Assembly (NCBI GenBank): GCA_028534125.1
Contig: CM052817.1
Location: 59,646,001-59,710,000, forward strand
Reading direction: 5' to 3'
DNA: 64,000 nucleotides
Origin: Lama glama
Taxonomy: Eukaryota
Shown here one piece after another: positions 52,311-64,000 of this stretch (its first letter is position 1; each line of letters begins with the position of its first letter). The position numbers and the translations under genes were made by a program. The notes under the pieces were generated by a model. The model saw only the letters and a list, made by a program, of their open reading frames with translations. It ran no database searches and was not told the DNA's origin.

Positions 52311-53975
52311 AAGACAAAAGATTATTTTTAATCCTTAGGGAATGACATATTGCACTAGGATAATGGTATCCTAGAACCTCACTATTATTTTAAATGTTTA
52401 ATTTTTTTAAATGGGAAGATATGCCTAAGCTCCATTTTGTTGTCGAAAATCTCTGTGACTACCCTGGCAACATGACTAGGGACCCTCTTATCTAAGGGCA
52501 GTACTTGCTGCTGTTAGATCTTCCCTACTGTCCACCTTACACCAGTTTGCATGAGTGTTCTTGTAATTTTAGGATTGTTTGGGTCAAGAAGGACTTTATC
52601 TCACAGGGAAGAATTTTCCTCTGTGATCCAGAACAAAGACTGGAGTGTGTGGGAATTGATTAGGCACCATGGAGCCAAAGACTGAGGGCACAAGTCCCCC
52701 TTTACAGGTGGTTTTCCCATTTGGAGAGCTTTCTTGGCAGCAGTAATCAGTGAAACTACTCTGGTTTGGATGGCTAGTCTCAGTAATAGTAACTTCTGTA
52801 CAAGTGTGTATCACCTTATATGGGGCATTCACAAGGCACCAATTATAGATGACCTTTATTTGTTAGCTGGATATACTATACCAGTTATGACAATATTCAT
52901 AAATAGATTGATAAGATTTCAAGAATTCTTCCTCCACTCTCATCTTTTTTGGAAAGAACTCTTCGACAAATTTCAACTTACAGAGACAGTATTTGCAAAT
53001 GTCTTATTTATTTTTTCTGACTGAAACCCTAAGGATTCTTCTTGTAGTGTCTATAAACAAAGTAACCTTCCACATACTATACATTTAATGATTTTTCACA
53101 AGAGAAATCATATTTAAATTGAAAACTAGGAGTTCAGAAGGGAGATTTGCTAATACTAGGCTTTGCAGTTTGGAATGCAACAACAGATTATCTCCAGTGC
53201 TGTTGAGTACTGGATTGAAATGAGTGTAAGTAAAAAGTGGAGCAGAAATCTACAGAGATGCATACATTTCACTAGGGCTGTTTGTTGTTAGAGCCGAGAA
53301 GTGTAGGCTGCTGACAAACTGCTTTGAAGCTATTAGAAATGTCACACTTAGCCTGTAAATTAAAGTTGAAATCATAAGTCTTGCAGAACTTCTAGCTACT
53401 AACTAAAGAGAAATGGCAGTGTAGAGAAATTCTGAATTTTTTTTTCAAGTTTGTCTTCTCAAATATATATATAAAATTATTCCAATCAGGATATTTACAT
53501 TTCCAGGAAAATGAAATGTACTTTAACAGTATGCATGGTAACTTTTTTCATTCATCGAGATTCATTTTACAAACCTTTATTGAGCAATTAGTACTACTCA
53601 AGGCCCTGTATCACTCATTGTAGAGGTTCTTCACAAAACTAACCTGTAGAGTTTCTCCACAACTTATAGCTCATGGGAGTTTGAGACATGTATAAGGAAT
53701 TATTGCAATACACAGTTCATGTAGTGCCAACTGTTACTCCCAAATGATGTGTCAGACTGACTTCTTGTTACTTGTACAAAGTAATCTTTTTATAAATGAT
53801 TAAAATATATTTAATTTCTAAGACAAACCATTTCTAAGACATGTGCCAGCCAAACTAAGAGCCACTTGAAATAAGGAGTCTGAAATTTAGGTATTAGAAG
53901 TAAATTCAAGTTAGAGCACTTAGTCCAACTTGTACTGCTTTGTAGTTAGCTGAGCATCTTTTCTCTCCTCTGGTA

Positions 53976-54311
53976 CAGTTGGCCCTTCATATCTGTGTTT
54001 TCTGCATCCTCAGGTTCAACCAACTGAGAATAAAAAATATTCCAAAAAATTTTCAAAAAGTTCTAAAAAGCAAAACTTGAATTTGCTGCCAGGGCAGCTC
54101 TTTACATAGCATTTACATTGTATTTGCAGCTTTTTCTGTAACATTTACAATGTATTAGATATTATAAGTAATGTAGAGATGATTTAAAGTATATGGGAGG
54201 ATGGGCTTAGATTGTATGCAAATAATGTGCCATTTTATGTAAGGGATTTGAGCATCTGCGGATTTTGATATACGTGGAGGTCCATCCCTTCCAGATACCG
54301 AGGGGTGACTA
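53976..54311 (-). mobile_element. TcMar-Tigger MITE, MER2-like
   Basis: TA|CAGTTGGCCCTTCATATCTG ... CAGATACCGAGGGGTGACT inverted ends. Internal TATAAGTAATGTAGAGATGATTTAAAGTATATGGGAGGATG. Confidence 0.85.
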
Positions 54312-54614
54312 TTTGAGTAACCCCAGAGTATTGAGAATGTACTTTACATATCTTGTTCCTGTAAGGACTACCACAGAGTGGCTCAATAGCTCACAGGATT
54401 TCTATATAGAGTAGTCAAATTGCTAGTGTGAGAAAAGCAGAAGCTATTAAACTAGGCTGAGTTTAAAGAAAAAAATTCTGGTTTACATAATAATGTAATC
54501 TCTATTTTAATTTATATAATGGAGTTAATAATTCCTGTTTCATTGATATTTTCAGCTTAATTTAAATAATATGATACACATATAAAATCTAACACGTATG
54601 AGGCAAGAACAGTC

Positions 54615-55136
54615 ATTGCTTGATTTCCAACCATCTGTCACCCCTATCTCTTCTCAATAACTTCTGATTTCATTGTGGCTATCTATGGATATCTGTGGAT
54701 ATTGTACTACTAGAGTAAAGCATGTCACTCTGGCTGAGCCTACCAGCATATCAGTCCTTTTGCCCATGGTAATTGGTGTTTTAGGTAGACCTATACTGGC
54801 CTTATAAGAAGTCTCAGTACTCATGATTGGAATTTAGAAATTTGAACTAAAGCTTTACCATTTTTTGGTAACAGTACTGTGTGAGGATGAGGAACCTAGA
54901 TTTGCTGTAGCTATGTTGGCTTTCAGCCTGGAAACAGAGCCAGCAAGCAGAGCAGAGCAGAGCCAAGAGAATGGCAGAAAAATAGAGCCAAGCCTTGAAG
55001 GTATTGTGAACCTCTGGATCAACTTGTGCCTGGAGCCTGCCCCCCTTTAGACTTTTCATTATGTGAGCCAACAACTGCTTGTTTAAAATTGATTTAAGTT
55101 TTCTTATTTATTCCTTGTTAAGCATCCTAACTGATA
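54615..55136 (+). mobile_element. Old MaLR LTR (MLT1J/K-like)
   Basis: CCTCTGGATCAACTTGTGCCTGGAGCC...AGACTTTTCATTATGTGAGCCAA...AGCATCCTAACTGATA terminus. Confidence 0.7.
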
Positions 55137-55339
55137 ACGGTAGGTAGTCAATAAATCTTAGCTTCATGAACTTCTTGAGCAGTTGATTACTACACTGTAA
55201 AGGGTCATATTCCTTGTGGCTTTTTATCTTCTTGTTTGAAAGAACTGTGTTCTGGCAAAAATTATGTTTCAAATCTTAGTTCCAAAGTTAATACTAAACC
55301 ACACCTTTTGCAGAATGAGAGTAGTATATTACAAATTTT

Positions 55340-55570
55340 GGCATGAAGCCACAGTCAGCATGACTGAATTAGAATCCTAGCTACTAGGATTCTAGGTATG
55401 GGACCAACAGAAATTTACTTAGTGTATCTGAACCTGTTCTTTCATTACAAAAAAAAAAAAAAAAGAATAAATTTACAGTCCTATAAATTTATTTTTAAAG
55501 AAGATAATCCCTACAAAGCATCCAGTCTTTGCTTGTTACATAACAAGCACCCAGTAATCAGTAATCATTA
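55340..55570 (-). mobile_element. Degraded MIR SINE
   Basis: GAATCCTAGCT...TTACTTAG..TCTGAACCTG...AAGATAATCCCTACAAAGCA...AAGCACCCAGTAA. Confidence 0.55.
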
Positions 55571-56163
55571 TTATTCTGCTTTTTTTCTGACTTTGGAGGT
55601 AGTGATATTAGGGATCTTTTTAGTATCAATTATGACTTTAGGATTAAAACAAAGGAATCATACATGTTATGAGTAAGTCAATGCATTTCTGAGTCCATTT
55701 GAATCACTTTTTCTTATGCAATTAAAAGAAGATTGAAGGGTGCAATAAAAGGATTTTTTAAATTTTAGAAGTTATACAATTATTGAGGAATATTTCCTAC
55801 AAAATAGGAAAGATGAGCTGCACAGAGGGATGATTGAATAGTTCCTATGCTTGTAAAAAACTGTCATTAAGTAATCTTCAAGAGCTGTGGTAGTCCATGG
55901 AGAAGAGATTAGACTTTATTAACTTGTTTTGTCAGGACAAAATTTGTATGTGTACAGGGAAAAGACAAGTGAAAAAAGCATAAGAACAAAGTCAAGTTAT
56001 CTAATAATTATTTAGGGACAAACATTGTTAATACTATAATGTATGGCCTTCATTTTCATTACACATACATTGTATTTTTGTTAATGTCTGTATTGTACAT
56101 ATACCCACATGCACACAGACACATTTGTTTTTGAGTAATTTGAAGTTCTGGATCCATGTATAT

Positions 56164-56876
<713 letters not shown>

Positions 56877-56891
56877 TGGATCCATGTATAT

Positions 56892-57800
56892 TTAATCATT
56901 CTTATTAAATGTCACAAAGGCACCCTACCCTCAATATGTTCAGAAGTGAAGAATCTTTCCTAACCTGCTGTCTACCCACTGCTTCATCATATGATGTCTG
57001 TTTCAGTGGGTGGTACTACCTTTTGGCAGTTGGGAAAGCCAGAACCCCTGGAGTAATGCTTGATGTCTCCTTTAATCTCCAGCCCCATAACCATTCAAAC
57101 ACAAATCCAGCTGTTTCTGCTTCCTAATATCTCCAATTGACCTGTTTCTATTCATCTCTGTACTACTCCCTAGCTCAGGTGCTCAGCATCTCTTAGTTGG
57201 TCTATTGCAGTAACCTCATAACTTGCACACCTGTGTCTTCTGCCTTACTCCTGTTGTAGTGTTACTCTTTAGAGTAATTTGAGTAATATTTAAAACAAAA
57301 ACTGTATCATGTCCTTACTATGCTTAAAATCTCTTATGTTCTTGTATGACATCTATGAGTCGTAAGACAAAAACTAAGACCTTTACCACAACTTATAAGG
57401 CTCTGGGTTTTCAGACCACTACCTCCTCATCAATCTTTGCTCCCCAAACCACATTACTCTTTCAGTTTTTTACTCAAATGTGTCATTATCCTTCTTCCTT
57501 GGGACCACTGGGTTTACTGCTTCCTCTTTGTTGAGGGCTTTCCCAACTTCATACCCCATCACGCCTTATCTTTCTAATTAAATGCTTTTTCCTTGCTGAA
57601 GTCGTCTTGACTTTACAGACCAAGTCAGATCTCTCACCTTTCATAGCTGTGCTTGTCCTTCACATCATTGATCTCAGTAGAAGCAAAAAGATGGTGATTG
57701 TGTAATACTTTGTATGATATGTGTCTTATGCTAGTGTACACTTAACAAGGTCAGGAATTTTATGTTATAGTGTCACAGACATAGCTCCAGTGTTCAGGAT
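56892..57800 (+). mobile_element. LINE-2 3' portion (host of the RPL9 retrocopy)
   Basis: AGGCACCCTACCCTCAATATGTTCAGAAGTGAA; AAGCCAGAACCCCTGGAGTAATGCTTGA; CTATTGCAGTAACCTC; TATCATGTC...TGCTTAAAATCTCT. Confidence 0.75.
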
Positions 57801-58019
57801 GGATTTTGTGCATAAGCCTATACACAATATTTAGTACCATAATTATATCACAAACTCTGTTCAGTATTTTATAAAATAATGTTCTAATATCTGTGTGTCA
57901 TTTGTGAAGATAGAAAACAATCTGTTTAGCCAGACCCCCATTATTAGACTTTTAAATTATTTTATGGTCTACTGTTATAAATAAAGTTACAGTGAATTCA
58001 GGAATCCATTAAATTGTGG

Positions 58020-58370
58020 GTACTGTGGGTTGAGCTCCCTAGGAGCAGAGCCTGAGATGGGGATTCTTGTGCAAATAGTTTATTGAGGATTGTTCCCAGA
58101 AGAAAACTGAAAGGAGTGTGCAGAGCAATATAGGGTATAGTTAGGAGCAAAGCAAATAAATGGTTCCAGAACTTTGTCCTCTGCCTGATCTCAAAGGGGT
58201 CTCTGGAATGAAAATTGCATTATAGTGGTTGGAAACCAGAGACCTGAACTATTATACCCATTAGTCTTTATCCATGAACTGTGTGTGTGTGTAAGTGCAC
58301 ATGTGTGAACCTAAAGTGTCTGGACTGTAATGGGATTCTAGGTGAGGCACCAACAGCATCTGATTCAGAG
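58020..58370 (-). mobile_element. Old ERVL LTR (LTR16/LTR33-like)
   Basis: CCCTAGGAGCAGAGCCTGAGATGGGGATTCTTGTGCAAATAGTTTATTGAGG ... GAGGCACCAACAGCATCTG. Confidence 0.65.
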
Positions 58371-59782
58371 AATATCTTAGAAGTTGCACAGAAGAGGTAC
58401 TAAATAGATTTTGATACATAACCTATAGAGAAAGCACATTCTGGAGAGAAGGAACAAAACACAATAAGGAAAAGGCTGAACATGTTTTTGAGGAAAAAGG
58501 GTTATGTGTTATAAATAAAATAAAGGCTGAGTGAGGAGTAAATATTTGGAGACAAAATTAGAAAAATTTTTTGGACCTGTATCACAAAAGATCTTAAATC
58601 CATGTTGGTATAAAGTATACATTGATCAGTGAAGACATAATTGTGTATTTGTATAATTTTGGGTTTATTCAACAGATATATTGTGTTTATATAATTTTGG
58701 TTTAATTTTAAAGGTCTGTACGTCTTTAAGTAGAAAAGTCTTTACCCCTGAGGCACAATATCTTTTCTCTACACTTTCAATGGAGTGTTAAATTAGTTTT
58801 TGTGAAAAAATTGGAAGGTATCTTGCCTGGTGTTGAGAAATTTGCAGTATGTGAAAACACATAGAAAGATATGCACACAAGTTCTCTATTTCTCTCAGCT
58901 TTATATTTATTAAATGCATTGTATGAAGAAAGTTTGTTCTAAAACATCTTACTTTTATGCCTTTAGATACCATAAAAATATGGCATTGAAAAGTGTTTTT
59001 TAAAGGGAATGCCATGAAAAATAGCATAGTGGAAACCATACAAGGATTTTGTGTATGTATAGAAAATATTTGAGTTCACTAACACTATTTAAAATAAAAA
59101 AAATCTTGCAGTGTACCATGATTACTAAATCATAAGTGTAATATTTAGTTCTTCTCAATTTATTTTCTTTGTTTATAAAATGTTGTTGGATACCTCCCTG
59201 CCTTATGGGGGGATGGCAATTGGAAAGCTAATGAGTTAATGTTTATGGAGGGTTTTTGAGGCCTTTAGATGAAAGGTACAATATAAACCCAAAATATTAA
59301 TCTTTAAGTGTGAAATACTCTAATTACTTCCCATTGCCACAGGGACATTATTGGAGATTTATACCTTCCTCTGAAATACCTGGCACAATTGTTACATGAG
59401 GCAGCATAATTTTTGGTGAACCATTATAATTCTGTGGTCATTACCATGTATCAAAGAGAATAGTTTAAGTATATGTGTTATATTTGCATATTCAGTATCT
59501 GAATATTTTCCATTATTCATTTATTGATATAACAAACATTAAGATGATTTAAAATGCAGATCCATTATGCTGTACTATCTATGTTGCTGCCAGAATTTTT
59601 TTGTGATGTTAAGGTATAAGGAGAAAATGGGAAGATTTTAAAAGAGTTTGAAAGAAGATCAAATATGATGTCCAATATATTGGCTTTAAAACTAGAACAG
59701 TTAGATATTCGTTAACAATCTTATAACAATAAAGGAAGAAAATACTCATTGCAGTGGTATTTTTATATTTATACAATATTAG

Positions 59783-60035
59783 TGGTACCATTTATTGACA
59801 TATATATATTTATATATTTGCCATGCATGGGCGCCGATCATATTTCCTACATTATTGTGATCCTCACAATAGCTCTATGAAATGGAGGTGAAAATCTGGA
59901 ATTTAAACATGAGGAGAATGTGGCAAAAAGCAGGTGATTAGCCAGCAGAAGGTCACAGAACTACTTGGAGATGGAGCCAGGATTTAAATTCAAGCAATGT
60001 GACTCTTGAGTTGCTTCTTTAGCCCCTGTACAATA
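59783..60035 (+). mobile_element. MIR SINE
   Basis: GTACCATTTATTGA...ATCCTCACAATAGCTCTATGA...AAGGTCACAGAACTAC..GGAGATGGAGCCAGGATTTAAATTCAAGCAATGTGACTC. Confidence 0.8.
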
Positions 60036-60879
60036 CTAAATCTCGATAATGCTACCTTTCCAATGTTCTGCCTATTTCACTCTTATGGAATCTACTGAAT
60101 GTATAATATACATCAAGATAATTTTAATAACAAAATGAAACTTGAAGGAGTTCTCAGTAGAAGCAGAGGTCTCGTTTGCCAAGTTTTTCTACATGAACTG
60201 CTGATCTGGTTTCTTGCCAAACTAGTAAGTATAAACACTGAAATTGTGCAGAGAAGAATTCAAGACACAAAGCTCATTTTTGTTAGACTCATATTGAAAA
60301 CACATAGCTAAGGACTCAGCACAAGTAAACTGAGTTTATGAATGGTAGTCTCTGGCATTTTCTTGAATCTGGGAACCAAAATTCTTTCTATGAATTCCCA
60401 CAAAGTAGACTAAAAATTCTCTTGGAAGGGACTTTTTAAATGAACAATTTAAAAAGCATAATTTAGGAAAATTATAAAATAAGGCTATTGTGAAAATTCA
60501 GACAAATCATATATCTAGTTTAGAAATTGCATCTTGTTTCTCTTTTCTCTCTCTCCCACACTCCGCCCCCCTCTCCCAGGCTTTCTCGTACATACACACA
60601 GTCACCATTCATATAAATCAAATGTTTGAAACAATAAAATGAAGTCATCTTATTTTTAATTTCCCCCTGTATCTGTTCACTACATTTTCCAACATGAACG
60701 TCCTGAAGCAGTATGAATAATGTTACTCTTTATTTAGAATAGCTCAGAGGCTTAGCAATGGTGTCCATATTCTTTGAAATTCTGTGCAAAAAGTCCATCT
60801 TAATTTGGTACCTGCTTAATTCCCACATTTATCTCCTGCATTCTCAGATGTTCCCCCTGATCTTTGACTCTCCCTCGAG

Positions 60880-61230
60880 AAGTGTTACCTACTGGTTCCT
60901 GTCTGGGTGCCTTTGACCATGTTGTTTTCTTTAGCTGGAGTTTTACATGATGAACACCTGCTTAATATCTCAAGATTCAACTCAAAGAAATAATTCCTCT
61001 GTAAAGTGTCCCTGTCCTCCTCCAGCAGAGAAAGATAGTTATCTGTTCCTAGATGCTCACATGGCATCCTCTGTTTACTACATTGCATTGTGATTTTTAT
61101 ACAGGATACTGCTTTGCATTTACTTATTTACCATTTTCTTTTCCATTATATTGTCAACTGCTCAAAGCTTGTGCCTGTGGCTTATTTGTCTGGTTCACCA
61201 TGACTATCACAGTGCTGACTAATGTACAGA
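60880..61230 (+). mobile_element. LINE-2 3' fragment
   Basis: TCTCAAGATTCAACTCAAA...TTCCTCTGTAAAG..TCCCTG; TTATATTGTCAACTGCTC...TTATTTGTCTGGTTCACCA...CAGTGCTG. Confidence 0.6.
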
Positions 61231-64000
61231 AAGTTAAAACAGGATTCATCTATTTCAGAGTTCTTGCTGAGGCCACAAGGCAGAGAATAATATATGTCAA
61301 GTATTTTAGACTGTCTGTGTGGGCTTGCAGCAGAAGTTTTTAAAACCAGTCTCTGCACATATTTGTGATAAATATTAAATGAATAAGTAAATGAGTACCG
61401 TGAAAGTTCTGATAGACTATTGCTTCGGTGTAAGCTTGTATCCTTTTTCTTTTCTTTACTTAATATATGTGGCTTCTGTATTTTTTGGAATTACTTTTTC
61501 AAATCAGATTGGAAAGGCTCATCAGTCCTCCAGTACACTTCAGTTTCTAGCTTTCATTGCTTCTGTCACTGCCACATTATGTCAGTGTTGGAAATGAGTC
61601 CCATATGGTCCAGTGTGTTCTGTCTACTGTCTCCCTTGCTAGTTTAGATTCCTGTCCAGGAAGAGATGACAATTCACAGTTATTTTCTAAAGCTTCAATT
61701 TTATTTTTATATTCATATGCTCAGCTATTTCTCTGAAAAATGCTACTAATAAGTCTAGAAGTGCTTCTACAACCATGCACAACATGTGCTGCAACCCAGC
61801 TTTCCCAAGGCCCTCCATCACCTCATTCTGACTGATCTTTCTTTCAGGGACCTTTGATCTCTTGTCAGCTGTTAAACTGAACCACATTATTTAGGGATAT
61901 CTTAGGACCTCAACTGCATAGATTACAAAAATGCTTAACTTTAAAGGTCTTTGGGAAGGATGTAGGTTCTCCATCCTTTCCTCTGAAGAGAATTCTTGGC
62001 CTTGTAAAAATCTACCTACCTTTTGCCTGGGATCACCTTTATATACCAAGGATTTATGAAATGGACAGTCTTTTCAGGCCACCAGAGGTCAAGTTACACA
62101 GTGGGTGCCTACCCAGCTGTATTTGCACAAGTGACAGGGCAAGTGCTACTTCATGGTGACTTTCCAAGTTTACCTAGACACACACTGTTGACAGCTTCTC
62201 TTGGTAAAATACTTTTATACATCACATGGGTAAAAAAAATTGCTTTTAGAACAAAGGAAAAAATTTCACTGCAAAATCATAATTGACAATATTTCAAAGT
62301 ATTTCTTTATTTCACAATATTAGCAAATGCTGTCTGAGATTGCATGTGGAGAAATGTGAACCTTAAGGAGCTATTTCTAAGAAGTAATTTGGCTAATGCT
62401 GAGTGCTAGATAAGAGTCTAATGTGGGAACCATACAAAATTATCCTCACATCTGCTACAAACAGATAAACACTTAGAATCAAGGTTCATTGTTAGACTCC
62501 TATGGATAAAGGAATATTTTGATATTTCTTTTAAAATTTATGTGACAGTTTGAAGGATATCAAAATCATTGGTTGTACCTTGTCAGGTAGTATTTTTATT
62601 TTTATTGAGTAATAACAAACACTTATTGACTACTTCATTTATTTAACTGATATTATTGTGTGTCTATAGCACTGTGCGGACACTTAGAATTAAAAAACAA
62701 ACAAATTAGACCAAGTCACGTCCCTCAGGGGCCTACATTCTAGTTTTGGGGAGAAAAACAACAGAATAAAAATATTTTTAAAAAATGAGTTAAAGTAATT
62801 ATCATCAAGAGACTTAAAGTTAGGATAAAAAGAACTTAAAATGTTAAATAAAATGCAAGAGTTAAATAATATATGGACATGTAAAAATTAAATAAAACTC
62901 CCCAGAGAACATAGATTTAAATGTTATATAAGTTTAAAAAATGAAGCTATGAATTGAGAGGGTGTGATCACTTTAGCTTAATGGTTTATTGAAGGAAGTG
63001 GGACATAAGGTTGAAAAAGCCATATATTTAGTGATGTCAGTTATCTCATCAACGGCTCATTTGAGTTAAAATGTTTAGAAGCAACAGTCTTATATTAGCA
63101 CACTAGAATTTTCTGATGAATTTACTCATAATCAATAAACATCTATAGAAGGGTCTTCTTGAAAGGGAATTCATTGAACAAAATCTGATAAATCAATTAA
63201 GATTCAAGTGTGAGTGTTCATTCATAGATTTCTTTTGCAAACAATTTTGGTGGAAGGAGTTTTCAGTAACATGATGACGTATATTGATTGTTACTGTAAA
63301 AGAAAAGCGTACAAATTTTCAGGCAATCTGTTCATTGAAAGATGTTTTAAAATACTTGAAAATTGGCAACTGCTTCTCAGTATCCTAATGCTATATTCTC
63401 TTGTTCCTAAGCTATGTTCTGGAAATGAGTTGACTGTGTATAGAAAGGCAAGGATCTTTGTCCCTTGTGTTCACTATGTATCCCATGGTTGAAGTAATGG
63501 ACAAACATGGCATGACATTATAGTCATTCAGTAAATATATTTGTTAAATGAGTAGAAGGTGTAATATAAACTAAAGAAAGCCTATTTTATATATTTCCTT
63601 CTAGTATTTCAAGAATAAATTTAATTTATTATAATTGTTTATTTTTATTTATTGCATTCTCAAATTTATCTTTCCTCTGCTTATTTACTGTGCTTTTTAT
63701 TTAAAATATTTTTTATAAAACTTTGATTGTGGTTTTCTGTAAGTTTTCTGTACAGGGAGTGATTTTGCCAACTGGAAAAGAAAGGCTCAGACTAATCTAC
63801 CTCAGCATGTTTGCATTTGTAGACTAGTTTAATATTATCATTGTTATTGTATGCATGTGTATAAATACTGTATATACACACAACACACATTGTAAATATT
63901 ATCTATCAACTGTATTATACAACACCTATCATATAATCATATGATAATCTAAGGTATTTTTTGAAAAACTTCCAAATGAAGCCAGGCCAGCTAGCTAATT

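Overview
Mammalian genomic DNA, AT-rich and repeat-laden, with one 500-N gap at 7991-8490. I recognised no Alu, B1/B2, BovB/Bov-A, PRE-1 or Can-SINE copies. Together with the style of the young L1 3' ends, this suggests a cetartiodactyl, possibly a camelid (inference). The centre holds the CpG-island promoter and first coding exon of GRID2 (glutamate receptor delta-2; CDS 29568-29655, + strand, donor GTAAG), and everything downstream is intron 1. That intron contains a full-length, disabled RPL9 processed pseudogene on the - strand, with target-site duplications (TSDs). The rest is old L1, L2, MIR, MaLR/ERV LTR and Tigger relics plus several young 5'-truncated L1 tails. I found no evidence of a new protein-coding system. 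The most interesting observations concern retrotransposition and GRID2 regulation: two independent L1 tails truncated at the same G-rich tract, a 29-bp micro-L1 with a 16-bp TSD, repeated insertion into one target site, and uORF, G4 and EGR motifs around exon 1. Repeat family names come from recalled consensus sequences and their boundaries are approximate.
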